A DNA stretch of 64,000 nucleotides, from contig JAPOWV010000011.1 of assembly GCA_026707445.1 (NCBI GenBank), positions 19,927-83,926 of the forward strand, in the 5' to 3' direction. Of this stretch, positions 9,959 to 20,061 are shown one piece after another (position 1 is the stretch's first letter; each line of letters starts with the position of its first letter). This DNA comes from Gammaproteobacteria bacterium (lineage in GTDB: Bacteria > Pseudomonadota > Gammaproteobacteria > Steroidobacterales > Foliamicaceae). The notes beneath the pieces were generated by a model. It did not search any database. It had not been told where the DNA came from and saw only the letters and a list, made by a program, of their open reading frames with translations. The translations under genes and the position numbers were made by a program.

Positions 9959-9992
9959 GAATTCCCCCCGGCTCAATGTGAATTCCCCCCGG
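9951..9992. repeat. 21-bp tandem direct repeat x2 overlapping the DeoR start
   Basis: ctcaacatgaattccccccgg (9951-9971) is followed directly by ctcaatgtgaattccccccgg (9972-9992), 19/21 identical. Each copy contains GAATTC and a C6/G6 run. Confidence 0.8.
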
Positions 9993-10151
9993 TTGATGCG
10001 AAATCCTAATCACTTGCATTGATTTTCACAACCGGCGCGGGCGCCAAACGCCTGGCCTCAAGGCGCGCGGCGCGCGGGCTGAGCGGGTCGGCGCGCCCAC
10101 GGCCATGCTTGCGGTTACGATAGCGCCCGAAACCGTTTCCGGTCCGCAGCG

Positions 10152-10745
10152 ATGGAGATCAGGGGAGAACAAAGTCTGGCGCACCCGCGCGAAGACGTGT
10201 GGGCGGCGCTGATCGATCCCGATGTGCTGGGCGCCTGCGTGCCCGGCTGCAAGTCCTTCGAGCGGATTTCCGAGGACAACTACCGCGCGTCCATGCAGGC
10301 CGATATCGGCCCGGTCAGCGCGGGATTCGCGGTCGAGATACGGATAGCCGATCCGGATCCGCCGCGCTCGTACCGCCTGGAAGGCAACGCCAAGGCGGCG
10401 GTCGGCTTCGGCCGAGGCCAGGCCGACGTTCGCCTGGAGGAAGACGGTCGGGGCGGAACGAAGCTCAGCTACGTGGCGAAACTGCAATTGGGGGGGAAAC
10501 TGGCGCAGGTCGGATCGCGCCTGTTGTCGGGCATTACGCGAAAGATCGCGGCGAACTTCTTCGAGCGCTTCGCGCAGGTGCTGGAGGGCAAGCGGCCGGT
10601 CGGCGCGGCGCGGGCGAAACGGCCGGGAGTCTGGTTCCAGGTGGCCCTGGGCCGGGTCTTCCGGAACCGGGTACTGCGCTGGGCCGTTGTGGCCGTGCTG
10701 CTCGGCCTGGCGGCGCTTGCCGTTTTCCTGTTGTTGACTTCGTGA
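10152..10745 (+). CDS. CoxG-like SRPBCC protein with C-terminal membrane anchor
   Basis: Family-like N-terminus (REDVWAALIDPDVLGACVPGC, LGGKLAQVGSRLL, ANFFERF) and a hydrophobic tail (WAVVAVLLGLAALAVFLLL). Confidence 0.75.
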   Translation: MEIRGEQSLAHPREDVWAALIDPDVLGACVPGCKSFERISEDNYRASMQADIGPVSAGFAVEIRIADPDPPRSYRLEGNAKAAVGFGRGQADVRLEEDGRGGTKLSYVAKLQLGGKLAQVGSRLLSGITRKIAANFFERFAQVLEGKRPVGAARAKRPGVWFQVALGRVFRNRVLRWAVVAVLLGLAALAVFLLLTS

Positions 10746-10838
10746 TTGGCGTTATTATCGGAGGCGGTGTGGTCGGAAGGCACGCCAGGGTCCGGCGATA
10801 GCCGGATGAGGGTAATCGCAAGTTAAGGAGGGGCGGGA

Positions 10839-11314
<476 letters not shown>

Positions 11315-11318
<4 letters not shown>

Positions 11319-13711
11319 GCGGCGACATGGGGATCGGCGTCTCGGCGCCACGCACCGAGGACCGGCGCTTCATCACCGGCAGGGGCCGGTATGTGGACGA
11401 CATCAACCTGCGCACGCAGCAGTACGCCTGGTTCGTGCGCTCGCCCCACCCGCACGCCGAGGTGCGCGGCTTGGACGCGGCGGACGCCCTCAAGATGCCC
11501 GGCGTAACGGCCGTGCTGACGGGAGCGGACATGCAGGCCGACGACATCGGATCGCTGCCCGTGGCCTGGGGCATCACCAGCAGGGACGGCTCGCCCGCTG
11601 TCGAACCCGCCTACCCGGCGCTGGCCACCGACCGGGTGCGCTACGTGGGCAACCCCGTGGCGGTGGTCGTGGCCGAAACGCGGACCCAGGCCCGGGATGC
11701 CGCCGAGATGGTGAACGTGGACTACGAGGAGCTGGAGTCGGTTTCCAGCGCAACGGCCGCGATGGAGGAAGGCGCGCCGCTGATCCATGAGGGCGCGCCC
11801 GGCAACACGTGCTTCGACTGGGAGTGGCTGCCGGCGGCCATGGCGCCGGACGCCAGGAGCAACACGGACAAGGCCTTCGACGAGGCCGCGCACGTCGTGT
11901 CGCTGGAACTGGTCAACAACCGCCTGGTCCCGAACGCGATGGAGCCGCGAGCCAGCCTGGCGGACTTCAATCCGGCCACCGGCCAGCTCACGCTTTACAC
12001 CACCAGCCAGAACCCGCATGTCAACCGCCTGCTGCTGTGCACCGCCACGCTGAAGATGCCCGAACACAAGGTGCGCGTCGTGGCGCCGGACGTCGGCGGA
12101 GGTTTCGGTTCGAAGATCTATCACTATGCCGAAGAACTGACCGTTTGCTGGGCGTCGCGGCGGCTGGGGGTCCCGGTGAAGTGGACCGCCGAACGCAGCG
12201 AGTCGTTCCTGGCCGACGCACAGGGGCGCGACCACGTGACCCGCGTGGAACTGGCGCTGGACGCCGAGGCGCACTTCACCGGCATGCGCGTGGACACCGT
12301 CGCCAACCTGGGCGGCTGGCTGTCGGCTTTCGGGCCGGCCATTCCCACCGTGTTCTATGCGCCCCTGCTGGCGGGGGTCTACAGGACGCCCAATATCTAC
12401 GTGACCGTCAAGGGCGTGTTCACCAACACCACGCCCACCGACGCCTACCGGGGCGCGGGGCGTCCGGAGGCCTGTTACGCGGTGGAGCGGGCGGTGGACG
12501 AGGCCGCGGTGCAGATCGGCATGGATCCGGCCGAGTTGCGCAGGCGCAATTTCATTCAGCCCGACGAGTTTCCCTACCAGTCGCCGGTGGGACAGCTTTA
12601 CGACTCGGGCGATTTCGAAGGCTGCCTGAACCTGGCCAGGGAGCTGAACGCCTACGAAAGATTCGACGAACGTCGCAGGCAGAGCCAGGCGAGGGGCAAG
12701 CTGCGCGGCCGCGGCATGTGCTTCTACATCGAAGCCTGCGGCGCCGCCCCGTCGCAGGCCGCCGGGCAACTGGGCGCGCGCGCCGGGCTCTACGAGGTCG
12801 CCACCGTCCGGGTGCATCCTTCCGGCAGCGTGCAGGTCCTGACCGGATCCCACAGCCACGGCCAGAGTCACGAGACCACATTCGCGCAGATCGTCGCCGA
12901 GCGGCTGGGCATCGATTTCGGCAACGTGGAGATCGTCCACGGCGATACGGGCGAGATCCCGTTCGGAATGGGCACCTACGGTTCCCGTTCCCTGGCCGTC
13001 GGCGGAACCGCGCTGTACAAGGCCCTCGACAAGGTCGAGGAGAAGGGACGCAAGATCGCCGCGCATCTGCTCGAGGCGGAGGCGGCCGACATCGAGTTCA
13101 CCGACGGCCAGTTCCGGGTGGCCGGAACCGACCGCGCGGTGTCCTTCGGGGACGTCGCGTTGGCGGCCTACGTGCCGCACAACTATCCGTTGCAGGAACT
13201 GGAACCGGGACTGGAGGAGACCGCATTCTTCGATCCGGAGAACTTCACATTCCCCTCCGGCTGCTACATCTGCGAGGTCGAAGTGGACCAGAACACGGGC
13301 CAGGTGGAGCTGTGCGATTTCGTTGCCGCCGACGATTTCGGCAACATCATCAATCCCATGGTGGTGGAAGGGCAGGTGCACGGCGGGCTGGCGCAGGGCA
13401 TCGGGCAGGCGCTGCTGGAGCACTGCCTGTACACGCCCGAAGGACAGTTGCTGAGCGGTTCGTACATGGACTACTGCATGCCGCGGGCGGACGATCTGCC
13501 GAATTTCGTGGTGGCCACGCGCTGCACGCCCACGCCCTTCAACCCGCTGGGCGTCAAGGGCTGCGGGGAAGCCGGCGCGATCGGCGCGCCGCCGGCGGTC
13601 ATCAACGCCGTTCTGGGTGCGTTGCGCCCGCTGGGGGTCAGGCATATCGACATGCCGGCCACGCCGCAGGCCGTGTGGCAGGCGATCGAGGCCGCCCGGT
13701 CCGGCGAGTAG
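11315..13711 (+). CDS. Molybdopterin-binding large subunit, form-II CoxL-like (AYRGAGR type)
   Basis: ORF 11240..13711 from the ATG at 11315 ([22 protein letters not shown]). The active-site loop reads [12 protein letters not shown] rather than the form-I AYxCSFR. Confidence 0.9.
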
Positions 13712-13725
13712 AGGAGGATAGAGCA

Positions 13726-14523
13726 ATGCGCGAATTCAATTACTACCGCGCCGGGTCGGTGCGCGACGCGGCCAAGCGCCTCGGCGCGGGCGGGAACGCC
13801 ATGCTGCTGGCCGGCGGCATGACGCTGCTGCCGGCGCTCAAGATGCGCCTGAATGAGCCCGGGGAACTTATCGACCTGGCCGGGATCGATGAACTCAGTG
13901 GCATCAAGCTGACCCGCAAAGGGGCCCATATCGGCGCCACGACCACCCATGCCGAAGTGGCCGGCAACGTGGAATTGCGCGCTGCGGTTCCGGTCCTGCC
14001 GCATGCCGCGGACGCGATCGGCGATCCGCAGGTGCGCAATCGCGGCACGCTGGGCGGTTCGCTGGCCAACAACGATCCGGCGGCCGACTATCCGGCGGTG
14101 GCCCTGGGCCTGGGCGCGACCATTTTCACCAACAAGCGCAAGATTTCCGCGGACGACTTCTTTACAGGGATGTTCGAGACGGCCCTGGGGCGCGGTGAGA
14201 TCATTACGCAGGTCCTGTTCCCGATACCGCAGCGGGCGGGCTACGCGAAATTCCCCAACCCGGCCACGCGCTACGCGCTGGTGGGCGTTTGCGTGGCGCA
14301 GTTCAAGACGGGCGTTCGGGTGGCCGTGACCGGCGCCGGCGCATCGGTGTACCGGCTGACGGATTTCGAAGACGCGCTGGATTCGGAATTCTCCGAAGTT
14401 GCGCTGGACGGGTTGACGGCTTCCTCGGCGAACCTGAACGACGACATGCATGCCGGCGCCGAGTACCGCGCGCACCTGGTGGGCGTAATGGCCCGCCGCG
14501 CCGTCACGATGGCCCTCGACTGA
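13726..14523 (+). CDS. FAD-binding medium subunit (CoxM-like)
   Basis: ATG at 13726 with GAGGAGGA upstream. MREFNYYRAGSV..., LLAGGMTLLP and RNRGTLGGSLANNDPAAD are typical of the FAD-binding subunit. Confidence 0.9.
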   Translation: MREFNYYRAGSVRDAAKRLGAGGNAMLLAGGMTLLPALKMRLNEPGELIDLAGIDELSGIKLTRKGAHIGATTTHAEVAGNVELRAAVPVLPHAADAIGDPQVRNRGTLGGSLANNDPAADYPAVALGLGATIFTNKRKISADDFFTGMFETALGRGEIITQVLFPIPQRAGYAKFPNPATRYALVGVCVAQFKTGVRVAVTGAGASVYRLTDFEDALDSEFSEVALDGLTASSANLNDDMHAGAEYRAHLVGVMARRAVTMALD

Positions 14524-14528
14524 CAGGT

Positions 14529-15416
14529 TTGACCGCAACACCGGACTCCGTGGAGCAGGTTCGCGGCCTGCTTGAGGGGCAGGACTACATAGCCGGCGAC
14601 CGCCTGAGCACCGCCGTCTTCCTGGCCCTCAGCCTCAAGCGTCCGCTGTTTCTGGAGGGCGAGGCCGGTGTCGGCAAAACCGAACTGGGCGTCGCGCTGG
14701 CCGCGGCGCTGGGGCGCCGGCTCATCCGCCTGCAATGCCACGAGGGCCTGGACCTGGCCGGGGCCGCCTACGAGTGGAACCACGCTCGCCAGATCCTGGC
14801 CATTCGCCTGGCGGAGGCCGAGGAGCGCGTGGACGAGTTGGCCGAAGACCTCTATTCCCGCGAATTCCTGATCGAACGCCCGCTGCTCGAGGCGCTTTCG
14901 CCCTTTCCCGGGGGACCGCCGGTGCTGCTGGTGGACGAACTGGACCGGGCCGACGAGCCTTTTGAGGCCTATCTCCTTGAGTTTCTCTCCGATTTCCGGA
15001 TGAGCATTCCGGAACTGGGAGAGGTCCGCGCGCCCGAGGCGCCGCTCGTCGTGCTGACGTCCAACCGCACCCGCGAGGTGCATGACGCGCTCAAGCGCCG
15101 CTGCCTCTACTGCTGGGTGGACTACCCGACGCAAGGCGCCGAGGAGCGCATCCTCAAGGCGCGCGTGCCGGGACTGCCCGATGCCCTGCGCGCGAAAGTG
15201 GTCGGTTTCGTCCAGGGCCTGCGCAGGGAAGGCCTGTTCAAGTCGCCGGGCGTGTCGGAAACGCTGGACTGGGCGGAATCGCTGATGGCCATGGGCGCCC
15301 GCGAAGTGGACACGCAAGCCGTCTCGGAGACGCTCGGCGCACTGCTCAAGTACCAGGAGGACCTGGAGCAGGTCGACGAGTCGGTCGTGGATCGCCTCCT
15401 TGCCGCCTCCGCCTGA
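14529..15416 (+). CDS. MoxR-type AAA+ ATPase (CoxD-like)
   Basis: Walker A LEGEAGVGKTELG and Walker B VLLVDELDRA. There is no in-frame ATG near the start. TTG at 14529 or GTG at 14550 are the candidate starts. Confidence 0.8.
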   Translation: MTATPDSVEQVRGLLEGQDYIAGDRLSTAVFLALSLKRPLFLEGEAGVGKTELGVALAAALGRRLIRLQCHEGLDLAGAAYEWNHARQILAIRLAEAEERVDELAEDLYSREFLIERPLLEALSPFPGGPPVLLVDELDRADEPFEAYLLEFLSDFRMSIPELGEVRAPEAPLVVLTSNRTREVHDALKRRCLYCWVDYPTQGAEERILKARVPGLPDALRAKVVGFVQGLRREGLFKSPGVSETLDWAESLMAMGAREVDTQAVSETLGALLKYQEDLEQVDESVVDRLLAASA

Positions 15417-16548
15417 CCCGGGCCTCGCGCAGCGCATCGTCAGCTTCGTGCGCACGCTGCGCGCGGCGGGATTGCCGCTGGGCGTGGGCAGGAGCGCGCT
15501 GGCCCTTGAGGCCGCGAAGCGCGTCGATATCGGCAATCGCGCCGAGTTTTCCGCCGCGCTGCGTTCGGTCCTGACCGCCGGTCCCGCCGAGGGCGTGCTG
15601 TTCGACTGCGCCTTTGCGATGTTCTTCGGCAACGCCGCGGCCTTCGCGCGGCTCGGGGACCTGCATGAGCTGGGCCTGCGTTCCATGGGTGAGGCCAGGC
15701 CTCCGCCCGGCGCCCTGCGGATGCTGCGGGCCATGGACAGCGCATCCAACCTGATCGCCGCGCCCGGCGCCCAGCGGGCCATTGCCGGCGCCGGCTATTC
15801 GCCGCAGGAGCGGCTCGCCTCCACGGATTTCGCCCAGATGACGCCGGAGGAACAGGCCCAGGCCCGCGAACTGCTGCGCCGCGGCGTGCTCTGCCCGAAG
15901 CGCATCGGCCGGCGTTACAAGTCCGCCGCGCACGGACCGCGGATCGACCTGCAGGCCACGCTGCGGGCGGGCCTTGCATCCGGCGGCGAGCTGGTGCGGC
16001 TGAAGCGCAAGGCGCGCCTGGCCGAGCCGATGTCGCTGGTACTGCTGTTCGACGTCTCGGGTTCCATGACGACCTATGCGCGCATGGCGATCCATTTCGC
16101 CCACGCGCTGTGCAGCGCCCGCCGCAACGTCGAAGCATTCGTTTTCGCCACCCGCCTGACCCGGGTGACGCGCGAACTGCGGGGGCGGGACGCGGACGTG
16201 GCGACCGCCGCGGCGCTCAAGGCCGCTCCCGACTGGGAAGGGGGCACGCGCATCGCCGAGGCCCTGCGCCAGTTCAACCGGCAATGGTCGCGCCGGGTGC
16301 TGGCCCGGCCCGGCATGGTGCTGCTATTCAGCGACGGCCTGGAGCGTGCCTACGTGGAAGAACTGCGGTTCGAGGCGGCGCGCCTGCGCCGCTCCTGCAA
16401 GCGCCTGGTCTGGCTGAACCCGCTTTTGGGCTACAAGGATTTCGAGCCCCGCGCCCGCGGCGTGCGGGCGCTGCTGCCCGCGGTGCACGAACATCGCCCG
16501 GGCCATAACGTCGACAGCCTGCTCGGGCTTGCCGACGCGTTAGAGTAG
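15400..16548 (+). CDS. VWA-domain protein (CoxE-like)
   Basis: TTG start overlaps the coxD-like end. N-terminal FVRTLRAAGLPLG and a VWA MIDAS-like LLFDVSGSM, as in CoxE-family proteins. Confidence 0.75.
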   Translation: MPPPPDPGLAQRIVSFVRTLRAAGLPLGVGRSALALEAAKRVDIGNRAEFSAALRSVLTAGPAEGVLFDCAFAMFFGNAAAFARLGDLHELGLRSMGEARPPPGALRMLRAMDSASNLIAAPGAQRAIAGAGYSPQERLASTDFAQMTPEEQAQARELLRRGVLCPKRIGRRYKSAAHGPRIDLQATLRAGLASGGELVRLKRKARLAEPMSLVLLFDVSGSMTTYARMAIHFAHALCSARRNVEAFVFATRLTRVTRELRGRDADVATAAALKAAPDWEGGTRIAEALRQFNRQWSRRVLARPGMVLLFSDGLERAYVEELRFEAARLRRSCKRLVWLNPLLGYKDFEPRARGVRALLPAVHEHRPGHNVDSLLGLADALE

Positions 16549-16554
16549 GGGACG

Positions 16555-17895
16555 ATGACGGACTTCTCGCTCGAATCGTTCATGGCCGGCGTCGTGCGGC
16601 GAAACCCGGGCGAGACGGAATTCCACCAGGCCGTGCGGGAAGTCGCCACCGACATCATTCCCTTCGAGGCGGAGAACCCCGTGTTCCGCGAGGCGCGAAT
16701 ATTCGAGCGGCTCGCGGAGCCGGACCGGGTCGTTTCCTTTCGCGTTTGCTGGGAAACGGACCGGCGCCGGATCCATATCAACCGCGGCTACCGCGTCCAG
16801 TGGAACAATGCGATCGGGCCCTACAAGGGCGGCCTGCGCTTCCATCCGTCGGTCAACCAGAGCATCCTGAAGTTCCTCGCTTTCGAACAGACCTTCAAGA
16901 ACAGCCTGACCGGGCTGCCCATCGGCGGCGCCAAGGGCGGCTCCGATTTCGATCCCAAGGGCCGGTCCGATGCCGAGATCATGCGGTTCTGCCAGGCCTT
17001 CATGACCGAGCTGCACCGGCACATCGGCCCCAACACCGACGTGCCGGCGGGCGACATCGGGGTCGGCGGGCGGGAAATCGGCTACCTGTTCGGCCAGTAC
17101 AAGCGCCTCCAGAACGCTTTTGAGGCCGTGCTTACCGGCAAGGCGCTCGAGTTCGGCGGTTCATACCTGCGCCCGGAAGCCACCGGCTACGGCGTGGTCT
17201 ACATGATGGAAGAGATGCTGGCGCTGAAAGACGAGGACCTGGAGGGCAGGACCTGCGTGGTATCGGGGGCCGGCAACGTGGCCCTGCACTGCTGCGAGCG
17301 GCTGATCCACATGGGCGCAAAGGTCGTGACGCTCTCCGACTCGTCCGGGTTCGTGCATGACCCGGACGGCATCGACGCGGACAAGTTCGCGTGGGTGCAC
17401 GATCTCAAGCTGACCCGGCGCGGCCGAATCGAGGAATACGCTAAGGAATTCGGCTGCGATTTCCATGCCGGGGACCGTCCCTGGGCGGTTCCCTGCGACC
17501 TGGCCTTTCCCTGCGCCACGCAGAATGAACTCGATGAGCCGGACGCGCGCGGGCTGGTCGAAGGCGGCTGCCGGGCGATCGCCGAAGGCGCGAACATGCC
17601 CAGCACGCCGGCAGCGATGAAATTCCTGGCGGAGGCCCGCGTGCCCCACATGCCGGGAAAGGCCGCGAACGCGGGCGGCGTCGCCGTTTCAGGCCTCGAG
17701 ATGAGCCAGAACAGCCAGCGGTTCAGCTGGTCCCGCGGAGAGGTGAACATGAGGCTGCACGACATCATCCGGCACATTCACGAACAGTGCGTCGGCCATG
17801 GCGAAGAGTCCGGGTTCATCAATTATTGCCGGGGCGCCAATATCGGCGGCTATACGAAGGTCGCCGAAGCCATGCTGGCTTACGGCGTCGTCTGA
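16555..17895 (+). CDS. gdhA: NADP-specific glutamate dehydrogenase
   Basis: 446 aa. Classic GDH motifs are GPYKGGLRFHP, LPIGGAKGGSDFDP and GVGGREIGYLFGQYKRL. Starts 6 nt after the coxE-like stop. Confidence 0.9.
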   Translation: MTDFSLESFMAGVVRRNPGETEFHQAVREVATDIIPFEAENPVFREARIFERLAEPDRVVSFRVCWETDRRRIHINRGYRVQWNNAIGPYKGGLRFHPSVNQSILKFLAFEQTFKNSLTGLPIGGAKGGSDFDPKGRSDAEIMRFCQAFMTELHRHIGPNTDVPAGDIGVGGREIGYLFGQYKRLQNAFEAVLTGKALEFGGSYLRPEATGYGVVYMMEEMLALKDEDLEGRTCVVSGAGNVALHCCERLIHMGAKVVTLSDSSGFVHDPDGIDADKFAWVHDLKLTRRGRIEEYAKEFGCDFHAGDRPWAVPCDLAFPCATQNELDEPDARGLVEGGCRAIAEGANMPSTPAAMKFLAEARVPHMPGKAANAGGVAVSGLEMSQNSQRFSWSRGEVNMRLHDIIRHIHEQCVGHGEESGFINYCRGANIGGYTKVAEAMLAYGVV

Positions 17896-17915
17896 ACGCA
17901 ACGGAGGATAAGCAA

Positions 17916-18758
17916 TTGGCCACGAATGCTCTCACTTACCTGGATACCAATGTCATGCCCTGGGAGGACAATCCGTGGATTCCCGGCTTCAAACGCCGGC
18001 TTCTGGTCCATGACGACTCGAAGGGATCCGAGATTCGAATCGACTACGTGCCGCCCGGCTGCATTCCCGACGTGCTTGAACTACCGCACCGCCATTACCA
18101 CAACACGGTAACGGAACGGGCCTACACCCTGTACGGCGACTTTCCTCACTGGGAGTTCAGCGAGGCCGAAGACCTTGAAGGCGAGATGATTGTATTTCGC
18201 CGCCATCTGTTCATGGACCGGCCGCCGAAGACCATTCACGGGCTGATGCCCGAACCGCTGTCCGAGACCGGGTGCGTGCTGCTTTACTGGAACACGGGGC
18301 CGGGCACCGGCGTGGCCGAGCCGGAAGCGCCCGTCGAATCGGTCGATATCCCTTTCGACGATGTTGCCGAATCTGACTTCCCCGAATTCGGCGATGCCCG
18401 ACTTTACGATACCGGCGAGGTTGCCTGGCAACCGCATCCCGTCGTACCGGGCTGGAAAGTCAAACCATTGGCCGCCGCCCATGAAAACTCCGGGGCGGTC
18501 AGACTCGTGCACATCCCCGCCGACTGGACCGCGCCACGGGATGGATTGGCGGTCTCCGGGGACGACCCGGCGCCCTGGCTGTTCGTCATTTCCGGCGACC
18601 TTGGAGTTCAGGTTGCAGAGAATGGAGCGCGACGCGACATCGGGTTGCAGGAAGGGGCGTTTCTGATGTGGCGAACCGGAGCTTCACTCCGCATGCCGCG
18701 CAAGCCCGCTACCCATGGCGGATGCACGGTGCTCTGCGTTGGCCACGACCTGTCCTGA
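17916..18758 (+). CDS. Hypothetical cupin-like protein
   Basis: ORF 17787..18758. The TTG at 17916 is 5 nt after GGAGGA. The alternative is an ATG at 17955. Beta-rich sequence with an HRHYH stretch. The cupin assignment is tentative. Confidence 0.45.
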   Translation: MATNALTYLDTNVMPWEDNPWIPGFKRRLLVHDDSKGSEIRIDYVPPGCIPDVLELPHRHYHNTVTERAYTLYGDFPHWEFSEAEDLEGEMIVFRRHLFMDRPPKTIHGLMPEPLSETGCVLLYWNTGPGTGVAEPEAPVESVDIPFDDVAESDFPEFGDARLYDTGEVAWQPHPVVPGWKVKPLAAAHENSGAVRLVHIPADWTAPRDGLAVSGDDPAPWLFVISGDLGVQVAENGARRDIGLQEGAFLMWRTGASLRMPRKPATHGGCTVLCVGHDLS

Positions 18759-20030
18759 GCCGAGGCAGGCGGCATTCAGGTCGGCGCGCGTCGGGAGCGT
18801 TTCCGCGGGATCGCCGCCGATCGAATCCACGGCCCGCGTGAACAGGTTGGGCAGCACTGCGTCGTCCCACTCGGGACCGTCCTTCCCGGTGCGCAGGATC
18901 ACCAGTTCCCGAGATGGAATCATGTAGAGCCGCTGGTCGCCGGCGCCGTCCAGGAAGAACACGTCATCGGCCACGAACGGTTCCGAATGTACGTTCCCCA
19001 TGAACTCGATGCTCGGGTCGTACTTGCGCAGGGACTCATGGGACGTTCCCAGCCATAGCTGCATCCCGTAGTTCTCGTTGGCCGCCGACGGCGTGGTCAT
19101 TTCGTCCACCCAGCCGGCCGGAATGACCTGGGACCCCGCGTAGCAGCCGTTCTGCATCAGCGCCTGTCCGATGAGGGCCCAGTCCTCGATCGCGGTCCAC
19201 ATGCAGCAGTCGGTGTGCACCATGCCGTCCTCCCGGTCCAGGAGGAGCCAGCCGTCGCGCAGCCCCAGCGGGGCCCAGAGCTTCTCGGAAAGGTAGTCGG
19301 CAAAGCGCATACCGATCGCCCGTTCCACCACGATTCCGGCCACCTGGCTGTTGGGATTGGCATGCGAGAACGCCGTTCCCGGGGCCGCGTAGATGCCGAC
19401 GTCGAGGTTGGCGGTAACGATGTCGGTCCCCATTGTGCGCGCCAGGCGCGCCGAGCCCGGATAGAAGGCAAACGTTTCCTCAAGGCCCCCGGCCATGTTC
19501 AGGAGATCGCGAACGGTAATTCCGCGGCGTTCGTCCGTGTCCCATTCCGGGAGGAAATCCGCCGCCGGCTGATCGACCGACTGCATGTGTCCGTCGGCGA
19601 TGGCGTGACCGACCAGTATGGAGGTCAGGACCTTGGTCAGCGAGTGCGTGCTGAACTCCGACTCGGGGGCCTGCTCGTTGAAATAACTGGAATGCGCCAG
19701 CCGCCCCTTGTAGAGCACCACCAGCGAATCGCTTTTCTGCTGCTCGGCCCATGAGGCGGCTTCCTCGTATACGGCCGAATCGATCGGGTTCTCGTCCTCC
19801 GGCCAGGCCTCCAGCGGCATGAAGTCGCTGCCGGCCACCAGTTCCTGCGGGTCATACCAGGCGCGCGCGGGACTCATGGGATTGCCGGACAGCGAGATTA
19901 CGTAGCGCTTGGCGTAGATGCCGTACCAGCCCAGCCGCGAAGGCAGATAGACCAGCACGCCGATGACGGCGATGACGATCAGCGTCCACTTGCCGGTCTT
20001 GGCAAGTCCTCTGAGTATGCGCTTGAGCAT
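18684..20030 (-). CDS. Beta-lactamase-fold serine hydrolase, paralog 3 (N-terminal TM anchor)
   Basis: SxxK motif in FSTHSLTKV. C-terminal FFLDGAGDQRLYMIPSRELVILRTG. N-terminal hydrophobic helix WTLIVIAVIGVLVYL. AAGGAGA RBS before the ATG at 20030. Confidence 0.75.
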   Translation of the reverse strand: MLKRILRGLAKTGKWTLIVIAVIGVLVYLPSRLGWYGIYAKRYVISLSGNPMSPARAWYDPQELVAGSDFMPLEAWPEDENPIDSAVYEEAASWAEQQKSDSLVVLYKGRLAHSSYFNEQAPESEFSTHSLTKVLTSILVGHAIADGHMQSVDQPAADFLPEWDTDERRGITVRDLLNMAGGLEETFAFYPGSARLARTMGTDIVTANLDVGIYAAPGTAFSHANPNSQVAGIVVERAIGMRFADYLSEKLWAPLGLRDGWLLLDREDGMVHTDCCMWTAIEDWALIGQALMQNGCYAGSQVIPAGWVDEMTTPSAANENYGMQLWLGTSHESLRKYDPSIEFMGNVHSEPFVADDVFFLDGAGDQRLYMIPSRELVILRTGKDGPEWDDAVLPNLFTRAVDSIGGDPAETLPTRADLNAACLGSGQVVANAEHRASAMGSGLARHAE

Positions 20031-20061
20031 GTTGTCTCCTTCTTGTTTCGGGGCCGCGCGC

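Noticed and set aside
18684-18758. 75-bp convergent overlap between the cupin-like gene and serine hydrolase paralog 3
   Set aside because: Hydrolase 3 simply has a C-terminal extension of about 45 aa relative to its two paralogs, with no earlier stop codon. I saw no sign of a programmed feature. It may reflect a lost stop codon or a mis-called cupin end.
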